Positions 1-12,081 of a stretch of 64,000 bases of DNA are shown here, one piece after another (position 1 is the first letter of the stretch; each line of letters starts with the position of its first letter). A program made the translations under genes and the position numbers. This stretch comes from Coniocarpon cinnabarinum. Taxonomy: Eukaryota. The notes under the pieces were generated by a model that did no database searches, was not told where the DNA came from, and saw only the letters and a program-made list of their open reading frames with translations. The DNA is taken from NCBI GenBank assembly GCA_051942205.1, contig JAVECO010000121.1, positions 1 through 64,000 on the forward strand, in the 5' to 3' direction.

Positions 1-199
1 AAGTTTAAAGAATATTAACAGCTAATCCTAAACAAAGGAAAGAGGGAATAGTTCTACCTTATAACAGAACTTTTAAAAGATAGCGTTATTATAGTTAAAG
101 CGGCACTAAAATAATAATTAAAGACGCTATACCTTAACTTAACTCTTTCTCTATAGAGAAGAAAAGATTAGAATAGATTAAAGCACTACTTAATAGAAT

Positions 200-3100
200 A
201 CTAGTTATAATCCTTATTAATACTAGAGTAGCAGTAAATTTTATTAATTACTAAATAGTCTTATATATTAAAGAAAAACTATATAATATACTAGTCTACT
301 TACTAGGCGTTAGCAATAGATTAAAGAATATATTTTAGGAAGGATAAGTTATATATAAAGTTAGAACTATTATAAGGATAGAAAGATTTATAGAGAAAAT
401 TATATTTAACGTTACTAGTCTAGGGAGAAAATAGGCAATCTTAGGAACACTGTTTCTAGATTAGTTTATTCTAGATTAAAGAGGCGTACTAACGAACTTT
501 ACTACTTAAGGCGTATAATTAATATATAAAGCAATAAATATAGAACTAGATTATAAGCTAATATTACTTAACGTATTTAATATAAATAACGCTAGTATAT
601 AAGACAAAGCTTACTTATATAATAATATATAGCTATATAAGATATATAGAAAGGTTAAAAAACAGACCACCTAAGCTAAAGAGAAGATTTATAATAAGGG
701 TAAAGTAATACTCTTAACTACTAGCTTACCTAGGGTTTATAAAAGATTTAAGAGAATTTTCTAGAAAGAAGTATAAAATAATTTACTAGAATACGCTAAT
801 TAGGACTATAGTATTAAGTTTCTACTAGAAACTAAGCTTAAAGGTATATAACTCTACCCTATAAATCTAGCTTATAAGGAGGAATATTAAAATTATGTTA
901 ATAAATTACTTAAGCGAAAATTTATTTAACTATTAAAAGTACTAGTTTTTTACTTACTATTCTTTATACTAAAGAAAGGAAATAAACTTTAACTAGTTAT
1001 TAACTATTAACAACTTAACAATATTATATAAAAAGACAGGTACCTACTACTAAATATTAGTAAAACGATCAACTACCTTTAAGGTTCTAAATTCTTTACA
1101 AAAATAGACCTATACGGCGCCTTTAACCTAATCTAAATTAAGGAAGGAGACAAGTAGAAGATAGCTTTTAAGACACTATCTAGTATATATAAGTACCTTG
1201 TTATACTATTTAGACTTACTAATACACCTACAACCTTTTAGAAATATATTAATAATATTCTACGTAAATATCTTAATATCTTTATACTCGCGTATCTTAA
1301 TAATATTATCGTCTTCTTAAAGATACTTAAGGAACATTTAAAATACGTTAAATAGGTATTATAGTAGCTTAATAAATATAAACTATAAGTTAACCTTAAT
1401 AAATACGAATTCTATATTAAAGAAATAGAATTCCTTAGATTTATTGTTAAAGGTAATAAGATAAAAATATCTAACAATAAGATTAAAGCAATTATTAAAT
1501 AGCTAACACTAAAGACTATTAAAGATATTTAGTTATTTTTAGGCTTTAAAAATTTCTATTAATAGTTTATTAAAGGATATTCTAAAGGAGGGAAAGCCCT
1601 TATAGAGCTTACTAAGAAAGATATACCTTTTATATAGGGTAACGATTAACAACGAGCTTTTAATAAACTTAAAGAATAATTTATAGAAGAACTAGTTATA
1701 TGTACCTTTAACTATAATAAACTAATTACTATAGAAATAGATACCTCTAACTATACTATTAGAGCTTATCTATTATAACTAGACAAGAATAGGAAGTTGT
1801 ACCCTATTATATACTATTCGTAAACACTTACTAAGCCTAAGCTTAACTATAATATCTACAATAAGGAGCTACTAGTAATCGTCAACTCTCTTAAGTATTA
1901 GAAAATTTATTATATAATTCTAAAATACTAGATTTAAGTTCTTATAGATTATTAGAACCTTATATATTTTATAATAAGTATAATACTTAATAGACGATTA
2001 GTACAATAGGTAGAAAAACTTATAAACTTTAATATTAATATTTTCTACTAACCTAGAGTAGACAACGCGAGAGTAGATGCTCTCTCCTACTAACTAGATT
2101 ACCTAGAGAATAAGATATAGGTTTTATATGCTATACTTAAGAAAAACCTAAATAGGACGCTTTTAAATAATTTAATTAATCTTAACACTCTTTTTTAAAT
2201 TAAATAGTACGATATTACTAAGCAACTTATAGATAGATACTAGAAGGACCCTAAACACAAATATATTAAAAGAATCCTTACTAAAGACCTTACTAGTTAA
2301 CTTCTTAAATACTATAAACTTATCTATATACTAACTTAGATACACAAATCCTTTATTAAGGATTACTATAAATAAGAGTACTAAGGTACTATAGCAATAG
2401 TTAAGAAGATAAGCTAAAAGTACTTTATCCCTAGCTTATAACACAAGACACAATAAATCTATAATAAATATAATATTTGCTTAAGGTCTTAATAGAATAG
2501 ATATAAGACCTATAGTAAATTATAACTACTCCTACTACCTAATAAACCTTAGTAAATAGTTATAATAAACTTTATTACTAACTTACCTAGGTTAGTTAAC
2601 CTAAGTAACTACTCTACCTACAACTTAATTTACGTTATTATAGACAAACTTATAAAGTACTCCTACTTTATTCTAACTATTTTAAAATTAATAGCATCTA
2701 GATTTATATTTATCTTTCTTAGGTATGTTATATCGCAATATAGCGCACTAAAATAGATAGTTTTAGATTATAATAAGTTATTTATATTATACTTCTAGAG
2801 GTTACTTATATCGCTTATAGAAATTAAAAGAAAACTTAGTACTTTATTTTATCTACAAACAGACGGCTAAACTAAGCGGATAAACTAAACACTAGAAGAA
2901 TTTCTTAGGAAATATATTAACTATTAACAAAATAATTAGGTATCACTTCTACTACTAGTACAGTTTATATACAACTTAAGCTATTCCTAACCTACTAAAG
3001 AAACGCTATTTTTTGCTAACTATAGATTAAATTCTAAGCTAATATATAGCTTAATCGTAGAAAAAAACCTAGCGGCCTAAGTAGAAATATCCTACTAGCA

Positions 3101-3720
3101 ACTTTAAGACTTATACTAAATCTTACGTATAGAACATACCTTTACTAACAACAAAATAAGCTACTATACTAACCAATAAAGATCTAAGAGTCTAAATCTA
3201 AAGGAGAGGAATACTATCTACCTATAAAGAAAAAATATTAAGACAAAATAGCTAAGCAATAAATTAGATTTTATAAAACTTAGACTATTCAAAATTTTAA
3301 AGAAACTTAGACCTATAATATACAAGTTATAGCTACTAGATACTATAAAAGTATATCCTATATTCTATGTCTTGTTACTAGAGCCTATAACAAATTAAAA
3401 GATAATAGAACTAGTACTAATTTATAAGGACTTATAGGATCTTAAGTATAAGGTCAAGTTAATACTTAGCTATTAACTAGTACAAGAAAAATATAAGTAC
3501 CTTATTAAATAGAAGGACTATAATAATAAAGATAATATATAAAAACTAATTAAGAACCTAACCTACTACTAGAAGATATTACACTATTATTAATTATAGT
3601 ATTTAAATCTCTAATAGTAGCACCCTCTACTATAAAACTAAGGCTACTACTAGACACTTAACTAACTCCTTTCTATTAAGCAAGATTTTCCTTAATTTCT
3701 AATAGGCGGTTACGCCTCGC
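200..3720 (+). pseudogene. Gypsy pol polyprotein (PR-RT-RNaseH-IN-chromo), disrupted by RIP stop codons
   Basis: Motifs listed for the element. In-frame TAA/TAG stops fall at positions expected to be Gln or Trp. Substitutions such as D to N, G to R/S and P to L are C>T or G>A transitions. End points are approximate. Confidence 0.92.
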
Positions 3721-4213
3721 ATAACTTACACTATCTCTATTAAGATTAGATTACTTACGATCTAGTGTATTCTTTTAATAAAGCAAATTAAGCTTTTTTT
3801 AGGTATAACGCTTATCTTCTAGCCTCTCCTCCTCTTTAAGATCCTAACGCTATTTAGAAATCTTATCCTAACAAGTAGCTAGAAAATTTACTAAGAAGAC
3901 GTATTAGAAGCTAGAACTAATAGAGGATAGCGTACTTACTATCTATATTTGTTATACAAATATTATATTCTAGGCGACTATTTTTGTAAGGCTTACATAT
4001 AGCTTTATAAGCTATATACTAATAAAACTAGTTTTTTAATTTATAATTAGAATATAGAGGTATATTATTTACGATTAGTTCGCTTATTTACTAGGACCTT
4101 TTTAGGGCGCGTTTAAGAATACTAGAAGAAAGAGGTTTATAAGAGCCTTTAACAACTTTTAAGACACAACTACTTTATATAACACTATTAGTAGTATTCT
4201 TATAAGAAGGTAT
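3610..4213 (-). pseudogene. Antisense two-exon accessory gene of the Gypsy element encoding a Zn(II)2Cys6-cluster plus coiled-coil protein (RIP-mutated)
   Basis: Minus-strand frame starts at ATA (RIP product of ATG) CCT TCT at 4213. Codons 4054-3965 read TAT-x2-TAT-x6-TAT-x8-TGT-x2-TAC-x6-TAT. A 49-nt GTAAGT...CTAAT...TTAG intron (3939-3891) joins this in frame to a charged helical segment, *DKISK*R*DLKEEERLEDKR. The 3' end is approximate. Confidence 0.72.
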
Positions 4214-4290
4214 AATAGCTTACTAATATAAGTAGGATAGCGCTTACTATTTGTATGCTACGCCTTAGTTATTTAGAACAAATAACCTAT

Positions 4291-4301
4291 AAAGGGGCTA
4301 A
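4291..4301 (+). other. Polypurine tract preceding the 3' LTR
   Basis: AAAGGGG(CTAA) lies immediately before the inferred LTR start TATTACGC. Confidence 0.6.
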
Positions 4302-4836
4302 TATTACGCTATACCCTATTAGTAGCATATAGGTTACATGCACCTGCGTAGATCTGCGCTAATATATTAAGACCCTAACGTATTAGGACGCGTTTATCTA
4401 TAAGACTATATATATAGAGATTACGTAAGCCCCCGTTAGCTCCGTCGCTTCTATACGATAGGGATAATAGAGGGAATAGAGGGCACGATATATTTACTTG
4501 TACCTTAGTCTATATAGTCTAATAGTAAGCCTACCTCTCTCTTAGGCTTAGTATTATTTAAATTTAGAATTAACCTAACTTATAAGTTGTAAACTACTAA
4601 ACTAATTACTTACTAGTTTATAGTATACCTTACTTTCTTAGATAGCACTACTACTATTAGATAAAGTAACCTTCGCTATAGTAGTACGCTAGTTACTCTC
4701 TCCTATAGCCCTTACTGCCTTTGTCCCTTTATGTTGTTCCCTATTATATTCTTCTATAGCAAAGGTTCTTAGCTCTAGGACTGTCCCGTGCCCCCTCGGG
4801 TACTCGAGGCGTAGGACCCTCCGTAGAGGCGTTACA
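4302..4836 (+). repeat. 3' LTR (~535 bp) of the Gypsy element
   Basis: Starts TATTACGC (TG mutated to TA by RIP) directly after the PPT and ends GCGTTACA. The termini form an imperfect inverted repeat (6/8). Composition shifts abruptly after 4836. The partner 5' LTR is not in the window. Confidence 0.7.
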
Positions 4837-5230
4837 TAAATATAATAGAGTCTTATATTTATTAATAAAACTTAATATAATTATAATTTTTTATAAAATT
4901 ATAAAATAAGATTTATTTTCATTTTATATATAAATTATAGCTAATAGCTATATAAAAAATAGTAATACTAAAAAAGAAGCTATATAAAGATACTAAAGTA
5001 AAGTATTTTAATTCTATTTAAGCTATTTATTATATATTTCTAAAGAATTACTAATAGTATTTATTATAATTTTATAAGTATCTACTAATTAATATAATTT
5101 TTAAAGCTATCTACTATAGAGATATATACGCTTTTTATAATTATAAGTAGTTATAACTACTTATACTTAAAAGTAACAAAAAATTAAATATTCTAAGCTT
5201 TTTTTATGTTAGTATATTATAAAGTCTTAT
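4837..5230. repeat. Second, more extremely RIP-degraded AT-rich repeat remnant (family unidentified)
   Basis: Almost devoid of CpA/TpG, strongly TpA-rich, no recognisable protein motif; abuts the LTR end. Confidence 0.55.
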
Positions 5231-5297
5231 TATTCTACTATATAGGCTGCTTCTAATAGGCTTAAGACTGCTAAGATGTACTAGACGGCTAGGTATG

Positions 5298-5940
5298 CTA
5301 CTGCGTTTCTTCTCTAGTCGGCGCATAGTGCTGGTATAAATGCAGTGGTGCTGGTATAAGATGTTCGACAGCGTGAAGGGCACGACTCGCGACGCCAGAT
5401 TCATGATCTCCTTGGTGCTCTTGAGCGCCTGACGGTCCAGGCTTTGGCCCTAATTCCCTTTCTATGGCCTGAACTGGATCTTCCAGTCCTGGTAGAGTCT
5501 TAGTGGAAGTGGCGAAATCTTTTGCTCCTTTCATTTTCCCCAGTGAGCCTGTGGCGGGTATGAGAACTCTTCCAAAGTAAATCTTGCCTTGAGCGCGGCC
5601 CGTCGTGACTTACCGATTATACGCATCAACTGATTTTATGACGTTTTTCGACATGCGGTCACGATACCTCACCTGGGTATAGAATGGGTCCTTGCTGGTT
5701 GTTTCTTTCGCGCTTAGGCGGTGGTCTTTTTTCGCGGCTAACTGGAAAATCTGTGTCAACCATGCCCCTGCTTGCTCGGACAGTTGCTTCGCATCCTCGA
5801 TCTGTTGCACGATATCTTGGCGGATTTGCTCTTTTCGCTGGAAGTCGCGATCGTGCGACATTTCAGCAGCGCTTGAAGATGTGTAGCGTTTTGATCCGGT
5901 CGGACGAAATTCTTCACGGCTTGTCAGTAACGTGTATCGC
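5298..5940 (-). CDS. Possible orphan multi-exon gene next to the RIPed block (structure unresolved)
   Basis: ORF 5610-5948 encodes a charged helical peptide. It is preceded by CTGAC...CAG and followed by a GTAAGT donor. ORF 5298-5534 lies downstream, but I could not join the frames cleanly. Confidence 0.25.
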
Positions 5941-6720
5941 TGCAGCACGCGAGGAGTACAGCGGTGTCAGAACGATCTGCTCTGCCTTGTCGATGGTACT
6001 AGTGAAATCCGCAAAAGATGACCTTTTCAATCAGCAGGCAAGCAGCCACAAGGGCTTTATACACATTCGATTCTTGAGTCACAGCTGTGGCCACTTCGTG
6101 CTTAGTTCCATGTGTTCTTGTCTGCAGGAAAGGGGGTATTTGCGACCCGCCATAATCGAGACAACCACATCACGTGGACCACCAGCCAGTCTGACATGCT
6201 GTTAATATCAGCGCACAGAAGAAACCATTTGAAGGAGATGACGCGGGCGACGAGTTGGCGAATATGGTCATGTCTTCTCAAATCCTCCTGTCTTGTTTCG
6301 TTTTTGCGAGCAAGCCACATTTATCGCTGAATCAGGCTCATTGCCCGATGAACGAGGTCACATTGAAAACGTCGCGTTGGACCCGCAAAAAGCATTACAC
6401 ACGTATCAGAGAAGTTTGATAGGGAAGCATTGCCAGTATTGCTGCCTTCCTGAGCGTTGCCGAAGTGTCCAGATACCACCTGGGTGGACACTCCCGAGGA
6501 TGAAGCACGGAAGAGAAAGCCATGTCCAGCGGGTCTTTCATATCACATACCAGCCTACCGCGAAAAAAAAAATATCTTCTGTCACAGGCACCAAGCCACC
6601 AAGGCACTCACATAACACTCAACGCATATTTCCAGGGTCACAGTGGAGATGGAATGGGTCAAAACAAAATCTTGGGACGGAGGAGCTTCGCGGGCTGGTC
6701 GAGCCGGTTCCTATAATAAT

Positions 6721-8387
6721 TCATATCGTATACCTGAATCTTGGATGGCGGTATCCTAACCGCTCCTCGCTGCTCTCTTGTAAGCGGTAATCTCGCTTAC
6801 CTTGGGCTCTGAGGCGGTTCTCCCATTTCTGATAGATGATGAGGATGGTGCAAAGAATAGCTGAGAGGCCCAGCATGCCGATATTGATCTAGTTTTCGTA
6901 CATTAGCATAGGTTAGTCCGAAAATGGGTCATTTAGCTGCTTGGAGGACGTACCGCATGCCCGGTGATGTAACGAGGTGCGTCTTCTTGCAGATATGTGA
7001 AGGTCGCGATGAATGCGGCGAGATTTGCTATCATCTGTGTGCGTGTTAGAGTTTCGGAGGCGTTCAGCAAGAATAGAGAAAACGTCGCTCACGATCTGAA
7101 AGCCTGTTCCGGTTGCACGGACGTAATGCGGGCTCAGGTTATTTGCGAGCCACTGCGAAGAGTCAGCACGATTGATCTCAGATTGCTGGTAACAATACTC
7201 ACTCCCATGACCAGAGGACTCGTCGGGAAAATCCCGCTAGCGACGAAAAACGTCCCACCGTAATTGATGTGTGGTTTGCCCGTCGAGATTAGCATGAGAT
7301 AACCAATCAATGCCAACAGCAATCCACACAGCATGAACGGTCCACGCACACCGTACCGATCAGAGATGTACCCTACCGCAGGTACCACGAGGAAAGCCGC
7401 GAAGTTAGGCGGAACGGTGAGGAGTTGCGCATTCACCCGCGAGTAGCCAAGATCCCTAATGATGGTCGGGAGAAACAGGGAGTAGGAGTAGATGGGTGTG
7501 ATGATGGCGAAGAAGTTGAGTGATAACAGAATCGTATTCCAGTTGAGTAATGCCATTCGGACCCAATGCCAGTCAAACTTTTCCTCTTTCACGTCGCCGG
7601 TCGTCGTCGAGTGGGCAGCGTCAACCGCCATGCGCTTGGCCGCCAGATCCCGCTCATCTTGCGAGAGAAACTTGGCGTGCGCGGGCGTGTGCGGCAGGAA
7701 AGCTATCGTAACAAGTCCGAAGATCAAGGTAATCGCGCCTTCGAGAAAGAAGATGAAAGGCCAGCCGTCGTAACCGTCCGTCTTGATCTCCGCCAGACCC
7801 GTCGCCAGGAGGCCTCCAAAAGCGCCTGACAGCGGCGCTGCACAATAGAAGAGCGTGATACGCCTCACCAGCTGGCGACGCTCATAGAACATGGCCAGGT
7901 AGATGATCATGCCGCCTAACAGGCCGCCTTCGCATAGTCCAAGAAAAAATCTCGCAACGATGAGGCCGGTATAGGTAGTGACAAAGCCAATACACAGGCT
8001 GACAACCCCCCACGCGGCAACAATGCCAGGAAGGTAGTAGCCGGCCCCGAGCCTCTTCACGATCCAATTCGAGGGTACATCAACGCAGATGTAGGGTATG
8101 TAAAACACCGCCAGCGTGATGTTGAATTTGTCCTCATTAAGATGCAAGTCGTCAGCGAGACCGTCGATTCGAGCATTACCGATATTGGAGCGATCGATGA
8201 ATGCGAGTAGCCAGAGACCGAAAAGCCAGGGCAGAATGTGCTTGTCGAATCTGCGGTCTAATCGCTTGCGTGCAGTTCGATCAAGCTCTGAAACATCGTC
8301 AACGCTGGAGAGAGTGCCTGTCTTCTCTAGATGCTCAGGCACAAGTTCGTCCTTGTCCTTGATAGGACTTCCGTCGGCTGAAGACAT
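6721..8387 (-). CDS. MFS transporter, anion:cation symporter (Dal5/Tna1 allantoate/nicotinate permease) family; 4 exons
   Basis: Motifs LAFIDRSNIGNARI, ARFFLGLCEGG, PLSGAFGGLLA and GWPFIFFLEG. Spliced exons give WLANNLSPHYVRATG and the family-typical C-terminus LGYRHPRFRYTI*. ATG at 8387, TGA at 6723-6721. Confidence 0.92.
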
Positions 8388-9769
8388 TTTGCGAGATTGT
8401 CCGCGTCCACTCGTTATCTGATCCCCAAAATTGGGCACGTGGAGGTTGTTAGGGTGCTGCTCATTACACTGCAGCCTTTCTCAATGGCTTACTCAAGCTC
8501 CTACCAGTTGCACCAACCTCTTGATTAGCGGGCGCAAATCAAGCTCGTCGTGTTGCACGATGGTCTGCGCAGACGGACACGGACTCTACTATGGCGTGTA
8601 TGTGTAGATGACCGTTGTTGAAGTCCAGTGCCAGGACTGTCAGCCACTTCAGACGCGCATTGGCGCCGTCATGCAAGCGTGCAACCGGCGGGGGCGGCAG
8701 TAGCTTCGGTGACGTCTTACCTGACTCGCATGCCATAGCGACGGTACTCAAACACGAACAAAGTCTTTAAAGCGCGAAATGCCCAATGGTCAGCTTGGCG
8801 ATTCGAGCTTCCTCGTTGAAGTTGTGAATGATAGAGCTCATATCACTAACCAGAACATCTTGCATTCCGCGCTGTTTCTGCTGGCTCTCTTCTTTCACCC
8901 CACCCACTATCCCTATTACCTGACTCGCAAGCCGTAGCGACGGCATTCTCACTCCTTGCGTGCATCGCTGATCCATTTCTGTAGTGCACAGCTGCCGACT
9001 TGGCGACGACGCATGTGGAAGGTCACTTTTCTTACTCACACACTCGCCTTATCGGATCTCTGTGCGATGTTCATGAAGCGAGAGTGCGACATGTTCCATA
9101 ACGGACGTCAAAGATGCACAGAGATGAGTAAAGTTGTGCTGAAATATCATCATATCGACAAGGTTGTTGTACCTCCATGGTGAAGTAGGGTCTGTTGACC
9201 AGCAACCACTGACTGGGCCTTGTCAAATTGGAATGAGCGCGCAAGGGAGATCGCTGCGGCACAGTGGCAGGGATCTAACTTTTGGGACCTGAGACGAGGC
9301 TAGAAGTCAAAGCGGAGCCATTCCGCTTCACCTCATGGAGAGCCTGCTCGGAATTGGCACGTGACAGGAAGAATCACGACCTCACATGTCCTCTTCGTAC
9401 AATCCTGTGCATTCTTCACAGCTTTACTGTGTGTGTAAGCCTTCGCCAATCAGAACTGCTCCATCCATCAGTGCAGATGTCGTTGCTTGGAATGTCGTCA
9501 ACGAGGAAAACCCGTGTCCTTCTGCTGTCGCCCAAGTCATCTATGTGTCTTCGCAGAGTTCCACTTGATCGAAGTAGCTGTCTGTAGCTCACATCGGCCT
9601 CTTCTTCTGCAGCGCCGGTCGCCTTCCACGGGTCCAGGTCCGGGACAATCAAGTCATTTGAGTGATTGAACCACGCCCTTCTTCATTGAACTACCGCGTT
9701 TTGTGAGGAAGTTGTTCTGGCCCCGCTTGCAATCCGGTGCGATTCTGATTTCTGCCAGGATTGGCGCAA

Positions 9770-12081
9770 CTACGCAATACCCAATCCAGGCAGTTCACCC
9801 TTCTCCTCTCGCCGCTCATTCTCCAGCCAGTACCCGACCTTCCATCGCACCCGCGTCGTGATGCCCTTGCCCATCTCCACCCCTTCAAGCCGTATAATCT
9901 GACTGATTCCGTTTCGCTGCTTCGCTGCCAACATCCGACTGCTCTGCGGTTCCATCTTCAGGCTCAATCCTCTCGATACCGCAGCTTGAAACTCGAGATC
10001 GCTAATTGGTTGAGGCGTGTTGTTGGAGATGGAGGAGCGGATCAGGAGCTCGGGCGCTGACGACGGACGTGACACGGAGAAGGATATGTACAAAGTGCCG
10101 TTCGTGACGGTGATATCGTGTGCATTGTCAGGGAGGGAGGAGGTAAAGGCCCAGTCGTCATCAGGAGGCACTACGCCGTTCGATTGGTTTGAAGGTTGTG
10201 ATGAAGTTGTAGACAGCAGAGAAGCGGTGTTGTTGGGTTGCGGTGTTATCGATTGAGGTTGTGTTTGAGACGGGGGCGGACGAAAGGTCGCTGCTTGCTG
10301 GAACTGGAAAGGTGAAGAGGTGCGGGTGCTGGTCGTCGACACGCTCGATAGGCTCGCAAAAGGGTCGGGCAGTGGTGCTTTTTGTGGAGGCGGTGGCTGA
10401 TTTGACGACACTGGAGAAGCTGCAAAGCTCGATGGCTGCTGAGGAGGTAATTGTGGAAGCGGAGCTTGCAAGGGCGCAGTTGGTTGAGTAAAGTTCGACG
10501 GCGGCATTGATTGCTGGTGTGGCAGTGGTTGCTGAGTGAATGATGCGGGCTGTGAGGGCGGCTGATTGAAGGCATTCATGATGCTCTGCTTGGAAGAGGC
10601 CGACGAAGCCGCGGCCTGCGGGGGTTGCTGTGCTCCACCAAGCGAGATCTGGCCTCCTGCGTTCTGGGCGTCGTCTCCCAGCGACAGTCCAATAAGATCA
10701 TTCTCGAGCGACGAGTCTCCTTGCGACGTGCCTTGGCCACCGGGCTCGCTCGGTGCTGCTGTGATCGGAGTTTCTCCTGTTCCAAAGTCAATCAAAGAAA
10801 GCTCATTCCCCGGGCCTTTTTGGACACCTGCACCACTCGTGCCCAGAGTTCCTCGCGGTATTCGTGAGGCGCCCTCCACGTCACCGCTCTTGACCAGCCT
10901 GTATCGTTCGATTGTCCGGTGAATGCTATCATTGATTTCAAATAACTTGGCGACAGCTTCATGATCATCTGACTCCTCCTCGCACATTTTCTGAATCTTT
11001 GGCTGGGCGCTCGCTAGGGCGCTCGAAAGCTCCTCCGCACCCTCTGCCGACTCTTTATCATCGGGTCGGAAGTTTTGCAGCATCTCTTCCAATATCCTTG
11101 CCTTTTGTTGGATCTTGCTCACCTCCTCCGCAGCCTTTGCTCGATAGTCAGTCTTTCGGCGATTATCATAACCCGCCATGATTTTCATCAGCCGGTTGGC
11201 TTCTTGGAGATCGTGTGGTGAGCCACGCCGTATCAATTCCTGCAGTTTGGCAGACTGGTGTTCCCGCTCTTCGGCTTCCATTTCTTCGGCCGACTTTAAG
11301 GCCTGGATGGAGAAGTCAGCGCACATTCACAAGGAACGACATGACAATGTCAACAGCAACTGACATCGCTGGGATTGAGCACGGCTGCATCCTCCCTTCT
11401 TACAGCCGGAAACGTGTACCCTTTGTAGCTCAGTAGCCTATGCATATCCCGAATGAAACCCAAGTCCTCTTTGTATTTGGAGGTCTGGCATATTGTGCTC
11501 CGCCATTCCTCAATCAGCTCGAGTATCTTGCTCTGCACGCGAGAGTAACGTAGCGGCGGCCGCTCAGGAAATCGGCGCACAAGCTCGTTGAGGAATTCTT
11601 TGGTGCTAATTTGTAGGTGGAAAGGGTAGCCACAATTTTTCACGCATATGTCCAGAAGCTAGACGCGTTCACATTGTCAGCTCCCCAATCCTGGAACAAG
11701 TTCTGGGTTGGGCATTGGTCCAACGTACGGCTAGAGCGTGTAGTGAGATGTTCGGATTGCGATTGTTGATGTGCCCGACAATTGAGACAGCGGCTTCTCG
11801 AGGTCTGCCTGCAGTCAGTCCGCGACATGGTAAGTGCTTCAGTGCTCGATTGTGCCTACGCGGTGCCCTTTTTCGAGTTTATGAGATCTGCGATTTCCAG
11901 GTCAAGTGCGAGGTTTGGCTCATAATTCTGAGGATCGCAAGCATTTTCTGCTCATGTACGTCAGACGACACATTGATCCAACTCCACTACCTCATTACAG
12001 CCGCAAAGACGCACGTATCAATCGTTGTAACGGCGAAGAGGGTGGCTCGCTGAAACCGCCATAGCGGTCCCGCGTAGCCAT
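9770..12081 (-). CDS. GGA2: GGA clathrin adaptor (VHS-GAT-GAE domains); multi-exon
   Basis: Spliced VHS domain (ACDPQNYEPNLALDLEIADLIN...LLDICVKNCGYPFHLQISTKEFLNELVRRFP), GAT domain (KLQELIRRGSPHDLQEANRLMK), Pro/Gln hinge, and GAE ear (FQAAVSRGLSLKMEPQS...RVRWKVGY). Confidence 0.93.

Larger units (their letters stand above)
1..4836 (+). mobile_element. Ty3/Gypsy chromovirus LTR retrotransposon, RIP-inactivated; 5' end lies outside the window
   Basis: Very AT-rich and TpA-rich sequence. Hand translation gives pol domains in Gypsy order: protease ILINTRVAVNFIN (~210-248, from LIDTGAxxNFID); RT KFFTKIDLYGAFNLI...LFRLTNTPTTF...AYLNNIIVF (YLDD mutated to YLNN at 1293-1304); RNase H IEIDTSNYTIRAYL (~1730-1770); integrase INFITNLP and YLQTDG*TKRIN*TLE (~2560-2910); chromodomain YKVKLIL...YLIK*KDY...NI*KLIKNL (~3448-3560). 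A PPT and LTR follow. Confidence 0.95.

Noticed and set aside
8440..9760. Short ORFs between the MFS and GGA genes
   Set aside because: No recognisable domains or coherent splice structure; treated as intergenic.
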